Part shown: positions 12,016 through 26,410 of the stretch, in pieces
How the letters are laid out: each line of letters starts with the position of its first letter
Position numbering within the stretch: position 1 is the stretch's first letter
From: Octopus bimaculoides
Taxonomy: Eukaryota
Direction: 5' to 3'
Assembly: GCF_001194135.2 (NCBI RefSeq)
Contig: NC_068981.1
Coordinates: 148,435,664-148,499,663 of the forward strand
DNA length: 64,000 bases
Program-made: the position numbers and the translations under genes
Notes under the pieces: generated by a model
What the model was told of the DNA's origin: nothing
Databases searched by the model: none
What the model saw: the letters and a program-made list of their open reading frames with translations, nothing else

Positions 12016-12970
12016 TTGGCTCTCACCGGTAATAATGAAATGACCTGGTATAAGTTACCCAGATGAATGTAATATCATCTATGTGGCTGCTTGATTTATT
12101 AGAAACAGTAGCCAAATCTCCCTTAAATCACATGTGACCGTCTTAAAAAATGGAAAGATACTTTGAACAATGTAATCATAGATATACAGAAAGATGGAAT
12201 GGTCACAGTTAGAATGCCTTCAATCATAGGTCTATTTGATTTAAGGCTATCATGCGGCTAAAAAAGAATAACATAAGACAATGATGGGGCCTCTATGTAG
12301 TCACCTGGTTTGCAAGAAATAGCAACCAAATCTTCCCCAAATCACACCCAACCTTCTTGAAAAAAGAAGTATATTTAATTCTGGATATATTACATTTGTC
12401 ATGGTTTGAATGCTTTTGTTATATCTTTATCCAGCTGGACCTGGCCTGGGATTCGAAACTAGGAGAGAGATTAACTGTCTGCGTTGTAGAATCAGATAAC
12501 ATCATGAGGTGTTACTGCACACAAACCTCAGTTACCTAAAACATATGGTGAGCTCAAATTCCTTAGGAGATAAATTAAAAGCCTCAAAGCATGAGTTCAA
12601 AAGCTTGAATGAGAAACTCCATTTTTGAAAATACTTGTTCCTGATTTAGACACATGGCCAATAATTCTGATTCAGGCATAAGGTGAAAGGATTAGTTAAA
12701 CCACTGTTTCCAGCATCTAAATAGTAGTGAATTAGTTGATACCATCGCACCCACTATTAATTAGAAGTGGACTAGTCAGTAACATCACCCCTAGTGTTTA
12801 GCTCATACTTTATTTCATCAACCAGGAGGGATGAAGGGCAAAGATGACCTCAACTGAATTTGAACTCAAAACATAAAGACTGGAAGAAACCACAAAGTGT
12901 TTTTGCTAATGCTCCAACAATTCTCCTAATCCATCAATCTTTCATTACTGAAATTAATAGCATTTGTAAA

Positions 12971-13868
12971 ACTGATATGTCCCGCATTATGATGACATAA
13001 CTTTGTCGTCTGCGCGACTGACATGTATGGCGTACCTCACCAACTGACACCACCACAACACTTCCTGCCTTTGAGATTCTTTTTCTTTCACACAATTATT
13101 TTTCTGTTCAGAATGCCGCAAGTAGTACCAGTCTACATTGATTACTGGTAGCGCTACTAACATATAGTGACCTGACTTAAATCCTTCACATGGACTAATT
13201 ATTATTATTTTTTCTTCCAAAGAGAATAATCTCTCTCTTCAGAATGCCGCAGGTAGTACCAGTCTACATTGTTTACCAGTAGTGCTACTAACACATAGCG
13301 GCCTGACTAAATTCTTTCACACACACTTATTATCATTTTTTTCTTCCACACAGAATTATTTTTCTCTTTAGAATGCCGCAGGTAGTGCTAGTCTACATTG
13401 TTTAGCAGTAGCGCTACTAACACATAATGACCTGACTAATATCCTTCTCATGGACTTATATTATTTTTCATTGTGTGTAGTTCAGTTCTGTGTTAGAGTT
13501 CCAGTTTTATCAGACGTTCTTTCTTCATAATCTTTTTTCAACAGAATTTATATATTTTTCACTGTGTGTAGTTCAGTTTTGTGTTAGAGATCCAGTTTTT
13601 CTTTCACACAGAATTATTTTTCTCTTCAGAATGTCTACATTGTTTACCGGTAATGTTACTAACACATAGCGACCTGAGTAAAATCCTTCTTCAAATTTCT
13701 CAGTGTGTGTAGTTGTGGTGTCTTCTTACATGGTCTGTCTGTGTTGTATCTTATCTGCCACTACATGTAGTTCGACTCCTCATTGCCACTGATATGTCCT
13801 GCATTATGACAACATAACTTTGTCGTCTGCATGACTGGCCTGTGTGGCGTACCTCGCCAACTGACACT
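12971..13868. repeat. Compound tandem repeat bounded by ~80-bp direct repeats
   Basis: ACTGATATGTCC..CAACTGACAC occurs at ~12971 and ~13788. Inside are 3-4 copies of a ~125-bp unit (CAGAATGCCGCAGGTAGTACCAGTCTACATTG...) and 2 copies of TGTGTGTAGTTCAGTT-TGTGTTAGAG. Confidence 0.85.
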
Positions 13869-15049
13869 CTTGCTGTGTCTGTCCATTATTTATCAGTAGT
13901 GGAACCGCCCACTTCTCACTTGGGGGTGTCTGCCACAACAGAAACATTGTTCATGATACATCTACATACAAAGTATAAAAGAGAATGGAAATATATAGGA
14001 TTTCAATTTTAAAAAAAATATGGTAAAAAGGAGTAAAAGGGTAAAAGAGTAAAGACTCCCCTCAGTCGTGAGTGACCATGGGATTGCACTTAGAAAGTTA
14101 CCCTCCAAAGCACAAATTCATGCAAGGTTGTTTGTGGAAGACCAGCAGTGTTGGGGGTGCCAGCACTTCAATAAGTAAGAAATTATACAGACAGTTGATT
14201 AAGAGGTGGGGAAGAGGCAGTTATGAGAGTGTGAGGGGGAGTGTACCAGATGGTTAGAGATGGGGTAAAAATGAATGTAGTGAGTGATAAACAGGAATGG
14301 AGGTGCAGCTTGATAGGAAATATCAGTACTGGCAGAGGGTAAGAAGAGAGACTGAGAAGGAGGGAGGGAGAGAGAGAGAGAGAAAGAGAGAGAGAGAAAG
14401 TGAGTGAGAGAGAGACAGACAGAAACAGAAAGACAAGGGAGAGAGAGAGAGAGAGACAAACAGACTGAGGGAGAAAGACAAGGAGAGAGAGAGAGAGAGA
14501 AAGAGAGAGGGAGAAAGAGAAGTGTCGGGTGGGAGGAAGACCTGGATTTGTGATAGTTATCATTGTTATCATGTTGGTGGACAAGTTTACCTTGAGTGAA
14601 TGCCTGTATATGTGTGAGAGTACGAATGTGTTACAGCTACAGTATCTCATTTCGTCATATGAGCTAATGATAATAAACTAATTGAACTAAATGACACATA
14701 TGTTAGTTATTAGAACACACACACACATACACATATACATGCTAGGTTACAAATAGAAAATAGAGGAGTCAAGTCATTAGGCAGAATATAGTATATATAA
14801 TATATATGTTCATACACACACACACACTCTCACACAGACAGAGGCTTCCAACAAGCCAATTACTGGTTCATTGCATTTATGATGGAGAGAGTCATTAACT
14901 CTTTAGCATTTAAACTGGCCATATCCAGCTCAAATATTCCACCTGTTTTATATTCAAACTGGCCAGATCGGGCATGTCACACCTACCGTGCAATGTCATT
15001 CTGAGAATAAACAATCACATCATTAAAATCTCAAAGCTACAAGATACTC

Positions 15050-15248
15050 TCTTTACTCTTTTACTTGCTTCAGTCATTTGACTGTGGCCATGCTGGAGCA
15101 CCACCTTTAGTCGAGCAAATCGACCGCAGGACTTATTCTTTGTAAGCCTAGTACTTATTCTATCAGACTCTTTTGCCGAACCGCTAAGTTACGGGGACTT
15201 AAACACACCAGCATCAGTTGTCAAGCGATGTTGGGGGGACAAACACAG

Positions 15249-15319
<71 letters not shown>

Positions 15320-15488
15320 TATATATGACGGGCTTCTTTCAGTTTCCGTCTACCATATCCACTCACAAAGCTTTGGTTGGCCCGAGGCTATAGTAGAAGA
15401 CCCTTGCCCAAAGCGCCACACAGTGGGACTGAACCCGGAACCATGTGGTTGGTAAGCAAGCTACTTACCCCACAGCCACTCCTACGCC
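15050..15488 (-). mobile_element. SINE family A, near full length
   Basis: All modules present; CpGs largely retained. Confidence 0.92.
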
Positions 15489-15619
15489 TATGATAATACA
15501 TGATTAATTCAAAACAATGAGAATAAATAAGCAGAGTAATCTGAATGCTCAAGAGTTAAGGATTATCTGCACATCTCAGGTAGAACAAATATCGCATGAA
15601 GTCTCATTTGAAAGCATTT

Positions 15620-15910
15620 ACAAGGGTGGGTCAAAAAATCCATAGGCTGAATATGAAAAAGTGATGTTTAGAGCAACATGAAAAAACATTTGGTTGGGAA
15701 GCAGTATTGCAGTGATGATGATGTCATATCTGCTGTTGACTTTTTTGACCAACAGGATGAAAGCTTCTCCGCTAACGGAATCCAAGAACTGTAATACTGA
15801 TGGAAGTAGTGTGTGGACCTCAAAGGGGACTGTGTTGAAAAATAGACCTCATTTGGACATATTTAATGAGAGTATCTTGGTCAGCCTATGAACTTTTCAG
15901 CTGACACTTA
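15620..15910 (+). mobile_element. Mariner internal-deletion derivative
   Basis: Ends share CATAGGCTGA/TCAGCCTATG. C-terminal remnant reads KHLVGKQYCSDDDVISAV...GIQEL...CVDLKGDCVEK. Confidence 0.8.
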
Positions 15911-16254
15911 TAGTTTACCAGCTTTCTTGACAATGTTTACATCTTTTCCCATATACATTATAGATAGATAGATAGATAGATAGACAGATAGATACATGCA
16001 TACATATATACACACAAACAAATACACATACACACAGAGAGATTGTTTGGACAACCTGTCATATGATGAAAGCATGATGGAAAGCATCAAGTCCATTCTT
16101 TTCGGTGGTTTCTATTAGAGAGGATGATTAAAGCTTTTTTTTTTACAAAAAAAAGCCATTCCAAAAAAGGAAGGAACAAATGGGACCAGCATATGGCAGA
16201 AAGAAATCTTCAGTCTTGATAGTGACAACCGTTTTAGTGCTCGTGCACATAAGA

Positions 16255-16416
16255 ATGCACCCAGTTCATGCTGTAGGGTGGTTGATAATGATTTCAGGTT
16301 CAGTCACACAGTGCAACACCTAGGGCAAGTGTTTTTTACTATAGCCCTGAGCCAGCCAATGTGTTTTTAGTGAATTTGGTAGACATAGACTGTATGGAAG
16401 CCATGTGTGTGTGTGA

Positions 16417-16447
<31 letters not shown>

Positions 16448-16712
16448 TGAGTATGTATGTTTGTGTGTGCGTCTCTCTCTGTCTCTTCATGTCTGTGCTT
16501 GTTGCACTCCTTTCCCACCACTACCTGACAATCAGTGTTGGTTAGTTTGCACCCCCATAACTTAGCAGTTTGGCAATAGAGACTAATAAAATAAGTACCA
16601 GACTTAAAGAATAAGAACAGGCTGGGGAACAAATTGTTTGACTAAAAAACCCTTCAAGGCAGTACCCTAGAATGGTCACAGTTCCATGAGAGAAATAAGT
16701 AAAAGATAAGAT
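16255..16712 (+). mobile_element. SINE family A, diverged
   Basis: Core, (TG)n and tail modules. Confidence 0.8.
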
Positions 16713-17053
16713 TCTACACCTAGCAAAAGAAAAAGGAAACCTCATTGATCACAACTGAAATACTTTTGATTACAGGTCTGTTCAGTCAGGTATTACAACA
16801 ATGACAACAGTTACAAATCACTGACTTTTGAATGGACACTGTTCAGATTCAAAGACATTCCATGTTTTCTCATGGATTATGTATTATTAAAGTAAGAAAA
16901 GTCTTTTATTTCAAGTACAACAATGACAATGTTCTTGTTTTATTTTGAAAATGCTATAATCTACTCCATAATCCACTTAATGCTTCTTTAGTAAATGATT
17001 AAAGTTAGGGTGGCATACTAAAGAATCATAAAATTGTTAAAATACTCAAAATG

Positions 17054-17093
<40 letters not shown>

Positions 17094-17444
17094 NNNNNNN
17101 NNNACACACACACACACACACACACATTATTCATTATTACTATCATTCATGATTTAACGTCCATTTTCGATGCTGGAATGAGTTGGACAATTTTACTGGA
17201 GTTGGTAAGCCAGAGGCTTGCACTATTACTCTAACGTCCATTTTGACATGGTTTCCATAGTTGGATGCTTTTCCTAACACCAACCATTTTCCAGAGTTTA
17301 CTGGGTAATTTTTACATGGCACCAGAACCAGTTACATCACCAACTAACTTATAAGACAATAACCCCTGAAGTGAGCTAGGCATAGAATTGACATATTTAC
17401 ACACATTCATACATACATACATACATACAAACATATTCTTTTAT

Positions 17445-17830
17445 TATTTAAGTCCTTTATTTGTTTCAGTCATTTGACTGCGGCCATGCTGGAGCACTAC
17501 TTTTAGTCGAACAAATCGACCCCAGGACTTATTCTTTGTAAGCCTAGTACTTATTCTATTGGTCTCTTTTGCTGAACCACTCAGTGACAGGGATGTAAAC
17601 ACACTAACATCAGTTGTCAAGCATTGGTGGTGGGGACAAACACAGACACACAAACATATACATATATATATGATGAGTGTCTTTCAGTTTCTGTCTACCA
17701 AATCTACTCAAGGTTTTGGTCGGGCCAAGGCTATAGTAGAAGACACTTGCTCAAGGTGCCATGCAGTGGGACTGAACTCAGAACCATGTGGTTGGGAAGC
17801 CAGCTACTTACCACACAGCCATGCCTGTGC
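17445..17830 (-). mobile_element. SINE family A
   Basis: All modules present. Confidence 0.9.
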
Positions 17831-19135
17831 CTATGCACACAGCCACACCTGTGCACACAGCCATACCTTTGCCTATATATATATATATATATNNNNNNNN
17901 NNNNNNNNNNNNNNNNNNNNNNNNNNNNNNNNNNNNNNNNNNNNNNNNNNNNNNNNNNNNNNNNNNNACAAACTGGTACTAGATGGTTCTGTGAAGTGTG
18001 AGGGGATAAATGTTGAAAATTTTAAAAATTGCTTAATCAGAAATAGAAGACAGTTACCATGATCCTTTTTTGGGGTCTTCAAGCCTGGTGCAAACATGTA
18101 AAACAGCTATCATCAGACCAGAGATTTAAGCCAAGCAACAAGGTAGGCTGCATTAAGGGTACCAAAGGGCTAGGTGGTGATGTTGATAAATGTGTCAACA
18201 AACACAAATGTGAGCTGAAAGTGTTTACTATTGCATATTTCATCAAAGCTGAATTGGGAAGACAAAGCTTTAATGTGATCACTTAACCTGTTGGATATAG
18301 TAGTAAAGTTTTTCTCCAGTTTCATGCTATTGTTTTAAATGAATGAAAATGGAATGCTTTTCATCAGGGTCGATATGGGAGCTAAACAACAATTGGAACA
18401 ACAATTTATAGTAAGGTGAACTGTGTCTGACACATTTCACTTAGCTATAAATTGTTGTACATGATGAACAAGGATATATACTGCTGGTTCTTTTAATTAA
18501 TTCCAGAGTTGTCTCCTCTACTTTTCTTGACCAAAACTATCATTTGGCTAATAACTTTGTTTTCTCTTCAACACAAGTTTAACTCATTAGCAACTTCAAA
18601 TGCAATATAACAGTTTATGAAGTATACAGAACATCAGCTCTACCAATACAGGATTTAAATGACATAATGAACAAACAGATACAGGACAATTACTGAACCA
18701 ACCAATGAATAAGTGATAAACAGATAAACAACTCAAGGAAAATATGATGTAGCTTAGAAAAAAAATATGTGATTATGCAATAAACAAGCAGAGACAAAAT
18801 TACTACCATGATGGCCAATGGGAAATGATATTTACTGTTTCAGAGAAATGACTACAAAATCTGAAAAAAATGATACACAAATAAACATAAGTGAAGTCAA
18901 TCAATTAAAAACTAGAACACCTCACTAATTGGAAAATGAATCAACAACAATAGACAACATCCTAACGAAAATGTAAAATTAAATTATAAAATAGTCAATG
19001 AAAAATATAACCATAGATAATACAAGCTCAACCAAATGTATATAGAAGTTGCCCAAATACCAAAGGAAGAGGGTTCTCACCTAAGGATGGCAGTTTGACT
19101 TGTGAGAAAAAGAAGTTTTTAGATAAACTATATAT

Positions 19136-19520
19136 GGCGCGGGAGTGGCTGTGTGGTAAGTAGCTTGCTTACCAGCCACATGGTTCTGGGTTCAGTCCCA
19201 TTGCATGGCACCTTGGGCAAGTGTCTTCTACTATAGCCTCGGGCCGACCAAAGCCTTGTGAGTGGATTTGGTAGACGGAAACTGAAAGAAGCCCGTCGTA
19301 TATATGAATATGTATGTGTGTCTGTGTTTGTCCCCCCAACATCACTTGACAACTGATGCTGGTGTGTTTACATCCCTGTCACTTAGCAGTTCGGCAAAAG
19401 AGACCGATAGAATAAGTACTAGGCTTCCAAAGAATAAGTCCTGGGGTCGATTTGCACGACTAAAAGCGGTGCTCCAGCATGGCCGCAGTCAAATGACTGA
19501 AACAAATAAAAGAGTATAAA
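19136..19520 (+). mobile_element. SINE family A, full length
   Basis: Runs from GGCGCGGGAGTGGCTGTGTGG to GACTGAAACAAATAAAAGAG. Confidence 0.93.
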
Positions 19521-20060
19521 AGAATATGGCTTGGTCAGAGGAGGAAAGGTAATGCTTGCAAAGTTAGTAGCAGAGTTCATATACATAAAAACAGCTGATG
19601 ATTCACTCCATTATGACTCAGATTTTCATCACAATCGCACATAAAAAGAAAATTTGTGTAGCAATGGATTGAATCCTTAGCTATTTCTAATTACATACAT
19701 ATGGACACACACATGCAAGATGGGATCGTACAGTTTCTGTCAACTAACTATTACTTGTAAAGCTTTGGTTGATTTGAGGCTATGTGCAATAACTGTCTGA
19801 CACTGAAACACAACACATACAATCACACAGCTTATACAAAACAATATTCACCAGCCAATAAAATAAAAGGAACAGTGAAACAGTAATGCAGCACAAAATA
19901 CAAGAAGCCAGGCTCCAAGGTGAAGCAAAACTGGTTGTAATGTATTAATGTGGATCTACATTTGTGAAGAACATTGCTGCACACAGCTCAGAAACATGGA
20001 CGTGCATGTGGTGATGCAGCCAAAACAAAAAAAAAAAAATCACATAAAACTGTCAAAAGC

Positions 20061-20109
<49 letters not shown>

Positions 20110-20806
20110 TAATAATCCTTTCTACTAAAGGAACAAGGCCCGAAATTTGGTGTGGATGGGACTAGTTGATAATATTGACCCTGTTTTTTACTGGTACTTA
20201 ATAATAATAATAATAATAATAATAATGATGATGATGATGATGATGATGATGATAATGGCCTGATGCAATACAAGGTGCTGGCTCTCATGGTTTCTGATCA
20301 TAACTGATTGGAAGTGTTATCATGTACATGTTTTGTCTTGGTATAAAAGATGGGCTACAGCAAATATTCTGCTCAATACCACAAATTTGCTTGTCAGTTG
20401 CTTGACCTTAATCAGTTCAGCATGTCCCTTGGTAGCTGATATGTGCATCTCTGATCATGAGCAGGAGTAGTGGGGAAACAGCCCAGCCATGTGTTGAGAG
20501 GAATTCTTTGGTGTTTGAATAATTCACCTCAGGAATCAAGGGTGTCTTGTTCAACATCCTTAAACAACCCACATCCAGGAACATTTTGACCAAGATGAGC
20601 TACTTGACCTGAAGAAATTCTAACTTGGCCTCACTTGCGAGTTCATGCACTGTTTACCTTGATATGAGATCACCATATTATGCATATATGGTTGTGATAC
20701 AGGTGTACCCTTATCAGACGGGTAGTCATGATGGGTGTACTGGGCTTTGTCAAAGTGACAGTAGTGTACAAAGTACACTTTGACAGCATGCGCTGCTCTC
20801 TCACTC

Positions 20807-20867
<61 letters not shown>

Positions 20868-23530
20868 GTAATAGTAATAGTAATAACCACAACAACAACA
20901 ATAATAACAATAAAAGTGATGATGAGATGATGGAAAAAGAGTTAAGAGAAAAAACAAGAAATAACGCTGAAAAATATAAATAAATACAATTCATTCAGAG
21001 AAGAAACTACACAAATATCAAAATATTTATTCAGAAAGAAAGCAGGCTCAATACTAAATGTCAAAATCACTACAACATCTCAGTGTTCCCCATCAAACAA
21101 TATGCTACATAAAATTGAAAGACAAATAGAAAAGGAAGAATTCAACATGAAAAGAGAAAAAGACACAACAAAAAATATATGATAAAAAAACAGACCCCAG
21201 AAGCTAAAGGTAAGCTTAAATAAATTGAATGAACAAAAGCTTTGAAAAGGGTTCTACTTATAGATAGACATTAAGTGCAGGTGTTGCTGTGATAGGTGTA
21301 GACATGGCAGTATGATTGAAAAGCTTGCTTCCAAACTGTGTGGTCTCGGGAAGCCTCTAGGATTGACAATATCCCCAAATTTTGGCAGAAATATTTGACA
21401 AGCATTTTTAGATTTGTGATGGTAACATTCAATGAACTAGAAAAGAAATGAGTTTAAAACCTGATTGGCTGTTAAAGTGAGGGGACAATATTTAATTTCC
21501 TAAAAATGGAAATGCCATACCAATCCCCACCAAATTACAAGCCTATAACAAGCTTGTCAACAACACATGAAGTCCTTACACCTATACTCTACAACAAGCT
21601 GGTTGCTCATCTGGTAGACCTAAGGCTATAGGACAATATAAGTGCAAAAATAAATTTTCATGGAATCTATGAAATAATGAAACTATCACTCTACATTATT
21701 TCTACAATATTTAATTTGATAGGAATACTCACAATACTGAATTCTTGAGAAGAGATTGATACCATCTGTATAGATAGTTCCCTTTATTCCTTCTCAGCAT
21801 AAAATAATTTAAGCTAAAACTTCTTGTGTGTCAGCCTAAGTATCAGCTTGCTCCTGTCTGGCTGTCAGTCAGTCTGATTCATTGTGTTTCTTTAGAAATG
21901 CTTTAAGTGATCATGTACACATACGGATCTTAAAAGCATACAAAGAAATACAAACACAGTCATAAAAATTGCATACACACACACACACACACACACACGT
22001 ACGTACATACACACATATCACATAAATTTGCATACATACACATACAAACATATACATCATCATCATCATCATTATTTTATGCTTGGCTTCAATGTAGATA
22101 TATTGACTAGGACAGTTTGAGACGGATCTGATGAGTGAGCAAGATCAAGTCATGCTCCAACATTTCTATTATAACAGGGCTTCTACTGTTGGAGGCCCTT
22201 CCTAATGCCAACCACTTTACAGAGTGTACAGGTGTCTTTTTTTTTTTGTGGCACTACCACTAGTGAGATGACCTTGCAACTTGCATGACTAAAGAGCCAA
22301 AAAGGAAGAATACACACATGGTCAGATACATGCATAAAGTCATCTACAAACACGGGCATACACATATGTGTACATGAATGTATCTACACATATGCATAAG
22401 TAAACCTGTACACAATACCCATCTTACCATCATATCATACTGCGAACAAAACAAAGGTCTCCACTTGGACTTATCTATGTTTCTTTCTTTGCTCTTCATT
22501 CTGGACATGTGTACAGTTTCAAGCATGTATGAGTGAATATTTGTGTCTACTTAAATATGTAAGGAGGGGCATGGCCTCCACTGTAATTTGCACGGCTGGA
22601 ATATATATTGAGGTAAGTATCTTACCAACCTCTGTATGTTTTGCTGTGAACACTGATGAGGAATATCAAATGCATTACCAAATCTAGCTGCCTTCCATAA
22701 TCATAACAGTCGTTTTACTGTAATGTGTATATTCCATAAAGCTTAAAATATTAATTATGTTTTCTGTGACAATTATCACAATACATACATATGTAGAAGC
22801 ATATATATATATATATATATATATAATGCGAGAGAGTTAGGGGTTGAGGATTCAACCCACTAAAGGATAGTATCTATCCAATATACTGCTGGGAGGGTGC
22901 CCAATTATTATGAATTAAATTAATGAATTCAACGGTATACACTGTCTGCAAGTCGTTGGGTTCAGCATATTATCCTCCATTTTCTAATTGATATATATAT
23001 TTATATATACACACACACACATGCATACACACATATACACAACATATATATATATATATATTTAGTGATAGGCTGTTTCTGCACGAGTGTGAATGATATT
23101 ATGATTTGAGATTGAAAGGACACAACTTCTGCTAAAGTTCTTTTCCATGCAAATATATTTATTCTTATCATTAACAAATAAATGTTGTCATTATTATGAA
23201 TGACAAGGAAAAGATGTTTACACAAGTGAGACAGTCTGAAGTTTACATGAAATGTTGTTGGATCAAATATAAAGTAGTTGCCATCATGTTTTTTTAATTT
23301 TTTCTATTAGAGTTAGATGGTTAGGGTGTATTGCCATTGTTGATGTTGTTGTCATCCATTGTCATGCTATTGTGACACTGCTATGGTCTGCTTTCTACTG
23401 TTGGCTTACACAGCTACTACCTGCTGTCAAGTGGCTAAAATGCACTGAATTATATAGCGATATCTTTTTCAGATAAAGAATGCCAAAGATTAAATTGTCT
23501 GTTAGATTGTGTTTCACAAGAAGTCTTGAA

Positions 23531-24029
23531 TACTCTTTACTTGTTTCAGTCATTTGACTGCGGCCATGCTGGAGCACCACCTTTAGTCGAGAAAATCGAC
23601 CCCAGGACTTATTCTTTGTAAGCCCAGTACTTATTCTATCGGTCTCTTTTGCCGAACCGCTAAGTTACGGGGACGTAAACACACCAGCATCNNNNNNNNN
23701 NNNNNNNNNNNNNNNNNNNNNNNNNNNNNNNNNNNNNNNNNNNNNNNNNNNNNNNNNNNNNNNNNNNNNNNNNNNNNNNNNNNNNNNNNNNNNNNNNNNN
23801 NNNNNNNGGGGGGGGGGGGACAAACACAGACACATAAACACACACACATATATATATACATATATACGATGGGCTTCTTTCAGTTTCCGCCTACCAAATC
23901 CACTCACAAGGCTTTGGTCAGCCTGAGGCTATAGTAGAAGACACTTGCCCAAGGTGCCATGCAGTGGGACTGAACCCGGAACTATGTGGTTTGTAAGCAA
24001 GCTACTTACCACACAGCCACTCCTGCGCC
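23531..24029 (-). mobile_element. SINE family A (spans N gap)
   Basis: All modules present. Confidence 0.92.
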
Positions 24030-24774
24030 TGAATGGTCAGATTTTTTTGATGATATTGGTAATATTTGAATGAATTGCAATTGAGTTACTCGGTTTTTTT
24101 TTGGGGGGGGGTGCATCAAACATAGTCATCTGGGTTCAATTTCTAAGTGTTTGTGACTACTCAGTCAGTGAAAATTACCAGTAACAGTGAGTTGAATGAA
24201 ATGAGAATGGTGCAGGTAGTGCAGATGTGAAGTGTGTATTAAAAAAGTATGCATTAAAAAACAGTGAGTGTAAGACTAAAAATGCTGCTTAAATTGCATA
24301 GCTAGCAAGCAGGTGATCTATATATTCTATGATAATGATGATATACATATGTACATATATATATATATATGTATGTATATACATATATGGATAAGCTCAG
24401 TAACTACTAGTAAATTCAGGTCACAACAGACAGAAGTCAAAGATTTTAAACTTATGGAGACAATATTTATATATCGCCTGAGGAAACACAACTAGGTCTC
24501 ACAACGCAGGGAAACAGTTGCATAATCAAGTACCTGCAGAACTGGAGAACTACATTGCTTGGAAACAATTGTAGTGATTAAAAAATGAATATCCAACTGT
24601 ACCCCTCTTTATTGACCCCATTTTTTTCAATATCTGTTCACACATGACAGATACCTAAATGCAAACTTAGAAGTACATATAGTACTACTAATTGATAGTA
24701 CAAGGTAAATCTAAAGGTGGACAAGCTTTACACTGTACTTTACTACGTTCTTAATAGAATATACCATACCTATA

Positions 24775-25215
24775 TATGCCACTCCCTAACAGTTGAGGGA
24801 ACCCGTGGAAGAGGTAGGCCCAGGAAGACCTGGGCTGAGGTGGTGAGGCAAGACCTTCGAACATTGGACCTCACCGAGGCGATGACTACTGACCGAGACC
24901 TTTGGAAATGTGCTGTGCGTGAGAAGACCCGGCAAGCCAAGTGAGATCGTTGCCAGGGCCCCTGGACTGGCTCTTGTGCGGGTGGCACATAAAAGACACC
25001 ATTTCGAGCGTGGCCGTTTTCGTGCGGGTGACACGTAAAAGCACCCACTACACTCTCTGAGTGGTTGGCGTTAGGAAGGGCATCCAGCTGTAGAAACTTT
25101 ACCAAATTAGATTGGAGCCTGGTGTAGCCATCTGGTTGCACCAGCCCTCAGTCAAATCGTCCAACCCATGCTAGTATGGAAAGCGGACGTTAAACGATGA
25201 TGATGATGATGATGA
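24775..25215 (+). mobile_element. RTE-clade LINE 3' end with 3' UTR
   Basis: CHSLTVEGTRGRGRPRKTWAEVVRQDL...REKTRQAK*, then the UTR and (GAT)n tail; near-identical to 28.68-29.28 kb. Confidence 0.92.
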
Positions 25216-25239
25216 TATATATATATATATATATATATA

Positions 25240-25915
25240 TTGGGTCATCCCATAAATAATGTGGTTTATTCAGTTGCATGAACTAAAAGTCAGATCAACT
25301 TGCTATAAAAGCAAGTAGTAATTTTACCTTGTACTTATTCTTTGTGCAAGTTTTGAAGAGTACAGTTTGATTTTAACAGTTATTTTCTCAAAGCCATAAT
25401 GGAAGTGATAAAAGAGTATATTCGGCATATTTTGCTTTATGAGTTCAATAAAGGCAACAGTGCAATGGAAAGTACGAGGAATATTAATACAGTATATGGG
25501 GAACGGACAAAAAATGTAAACCAGTGTCAACGGAGGTTCCAAAAATTCTGAGTGGGAAACTGCAGCCTAGAAGATTTGTCCTGGAAGATCTGTAGAGCTC
25601 GATGAGGATGTCCTGTAAACCTTAGTGGAACAAAATCCCATCATAACTGTTGAGAAACTAGCAGAGAAGCTTGGATTTGGTCACTGAACCATTCATCGGC
25701 ACCTGCATGCCATCAGAAAAGTCAGCAAATTGGGTCAATGTGTCCCTCACCAACTTTCTGAGTCTAATTGTGTGCAGAGAGTGAATATGTGCCCTTTTTT
25801 GCTGTCATGTCTCACAAATGAACTCTTTTTGGACTGAATAGTGATTGGTGATGAGAAATTGGTTCTCTATAAAAATGTCAAGTGCTGAAAACAGTGGGTA
25901 GGGAAAGGAGAAAGC
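25240..25915 (+). mobile_element. Mariner 5' half (decayed)
   Basis: TA-flanked TTGGGTCATCCCATAA end; IRHILLYEFNKGNSA...VSKLGQCVPHQLS...GDEKLVLYKNV. Confidence 0.88.
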
Positions 25916-26279
25916 AGAAAACTAACAGTGGAGATATATAGAGTGATAGGTGAATTATAAATAAAGCTTAAAGGGATGGAAGTAGATATATTTAGTAGAA
26001 GTGCAATGTAAGAAGACAGTCAAAGGTCGAATTTTATAGAATGGTAGAAATCACTTATAGGAACCTAAGTTATGTTTCTGCCAATGTTTGCAATGATAAG
26101 CGCGTTCTATAAATGTGTTTACAAGAGGATTCTTTGAGAATAGGTTAAAAAACATTTCACTATTACAAAGGGAGCAAAAAGATTTACCTTTGTCATAAGG
26201 TAAAGAAATAAAAAGAATACTCTATTCCCAATTAGATTGTTTATTACGATCTTTTAGATACCAGATTAATTTACTAAGC

Positions 26280-26410
26280 CCAGTATTGTTACGCTTATTG
26301 ATATGTCGAAACGTAGAGTATTGATTAGATATTCTTTTGTACAGCTGAGATGAAGAACTACCTATATAAAAAAAGACGTCAGAACCGGAAGTAATTTTAC
26401 ATTGATAAAT
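26280..26410. promoter_or_regulatory. Candidate promoter-like CpG patch with ETS motif
   Basis: Local cluster of CpGs, GACGTC and CCGGAAGT inside otherwise CpG-poor DNA; no transcript evidence. Confidence 0.25.

Noticed and set aside
18059-18286. 75-aa ORF in unique-looking sequence
   Set aside because: No recognisable homology or splice context.
20250-20800. Probable LINE-derived 3' UTR repeat between (AAT)n tracts
   Set aside because: Only one copy in the window and no coding remnant, so I cannot support a classification.
22625-22730. Possible minus-strand 5' UTR exon, and a CTGATGAG motif
   Set aside because: The splice signals are generic; there is no GAAA/stems for an HHR and no D box for a snoRNA.
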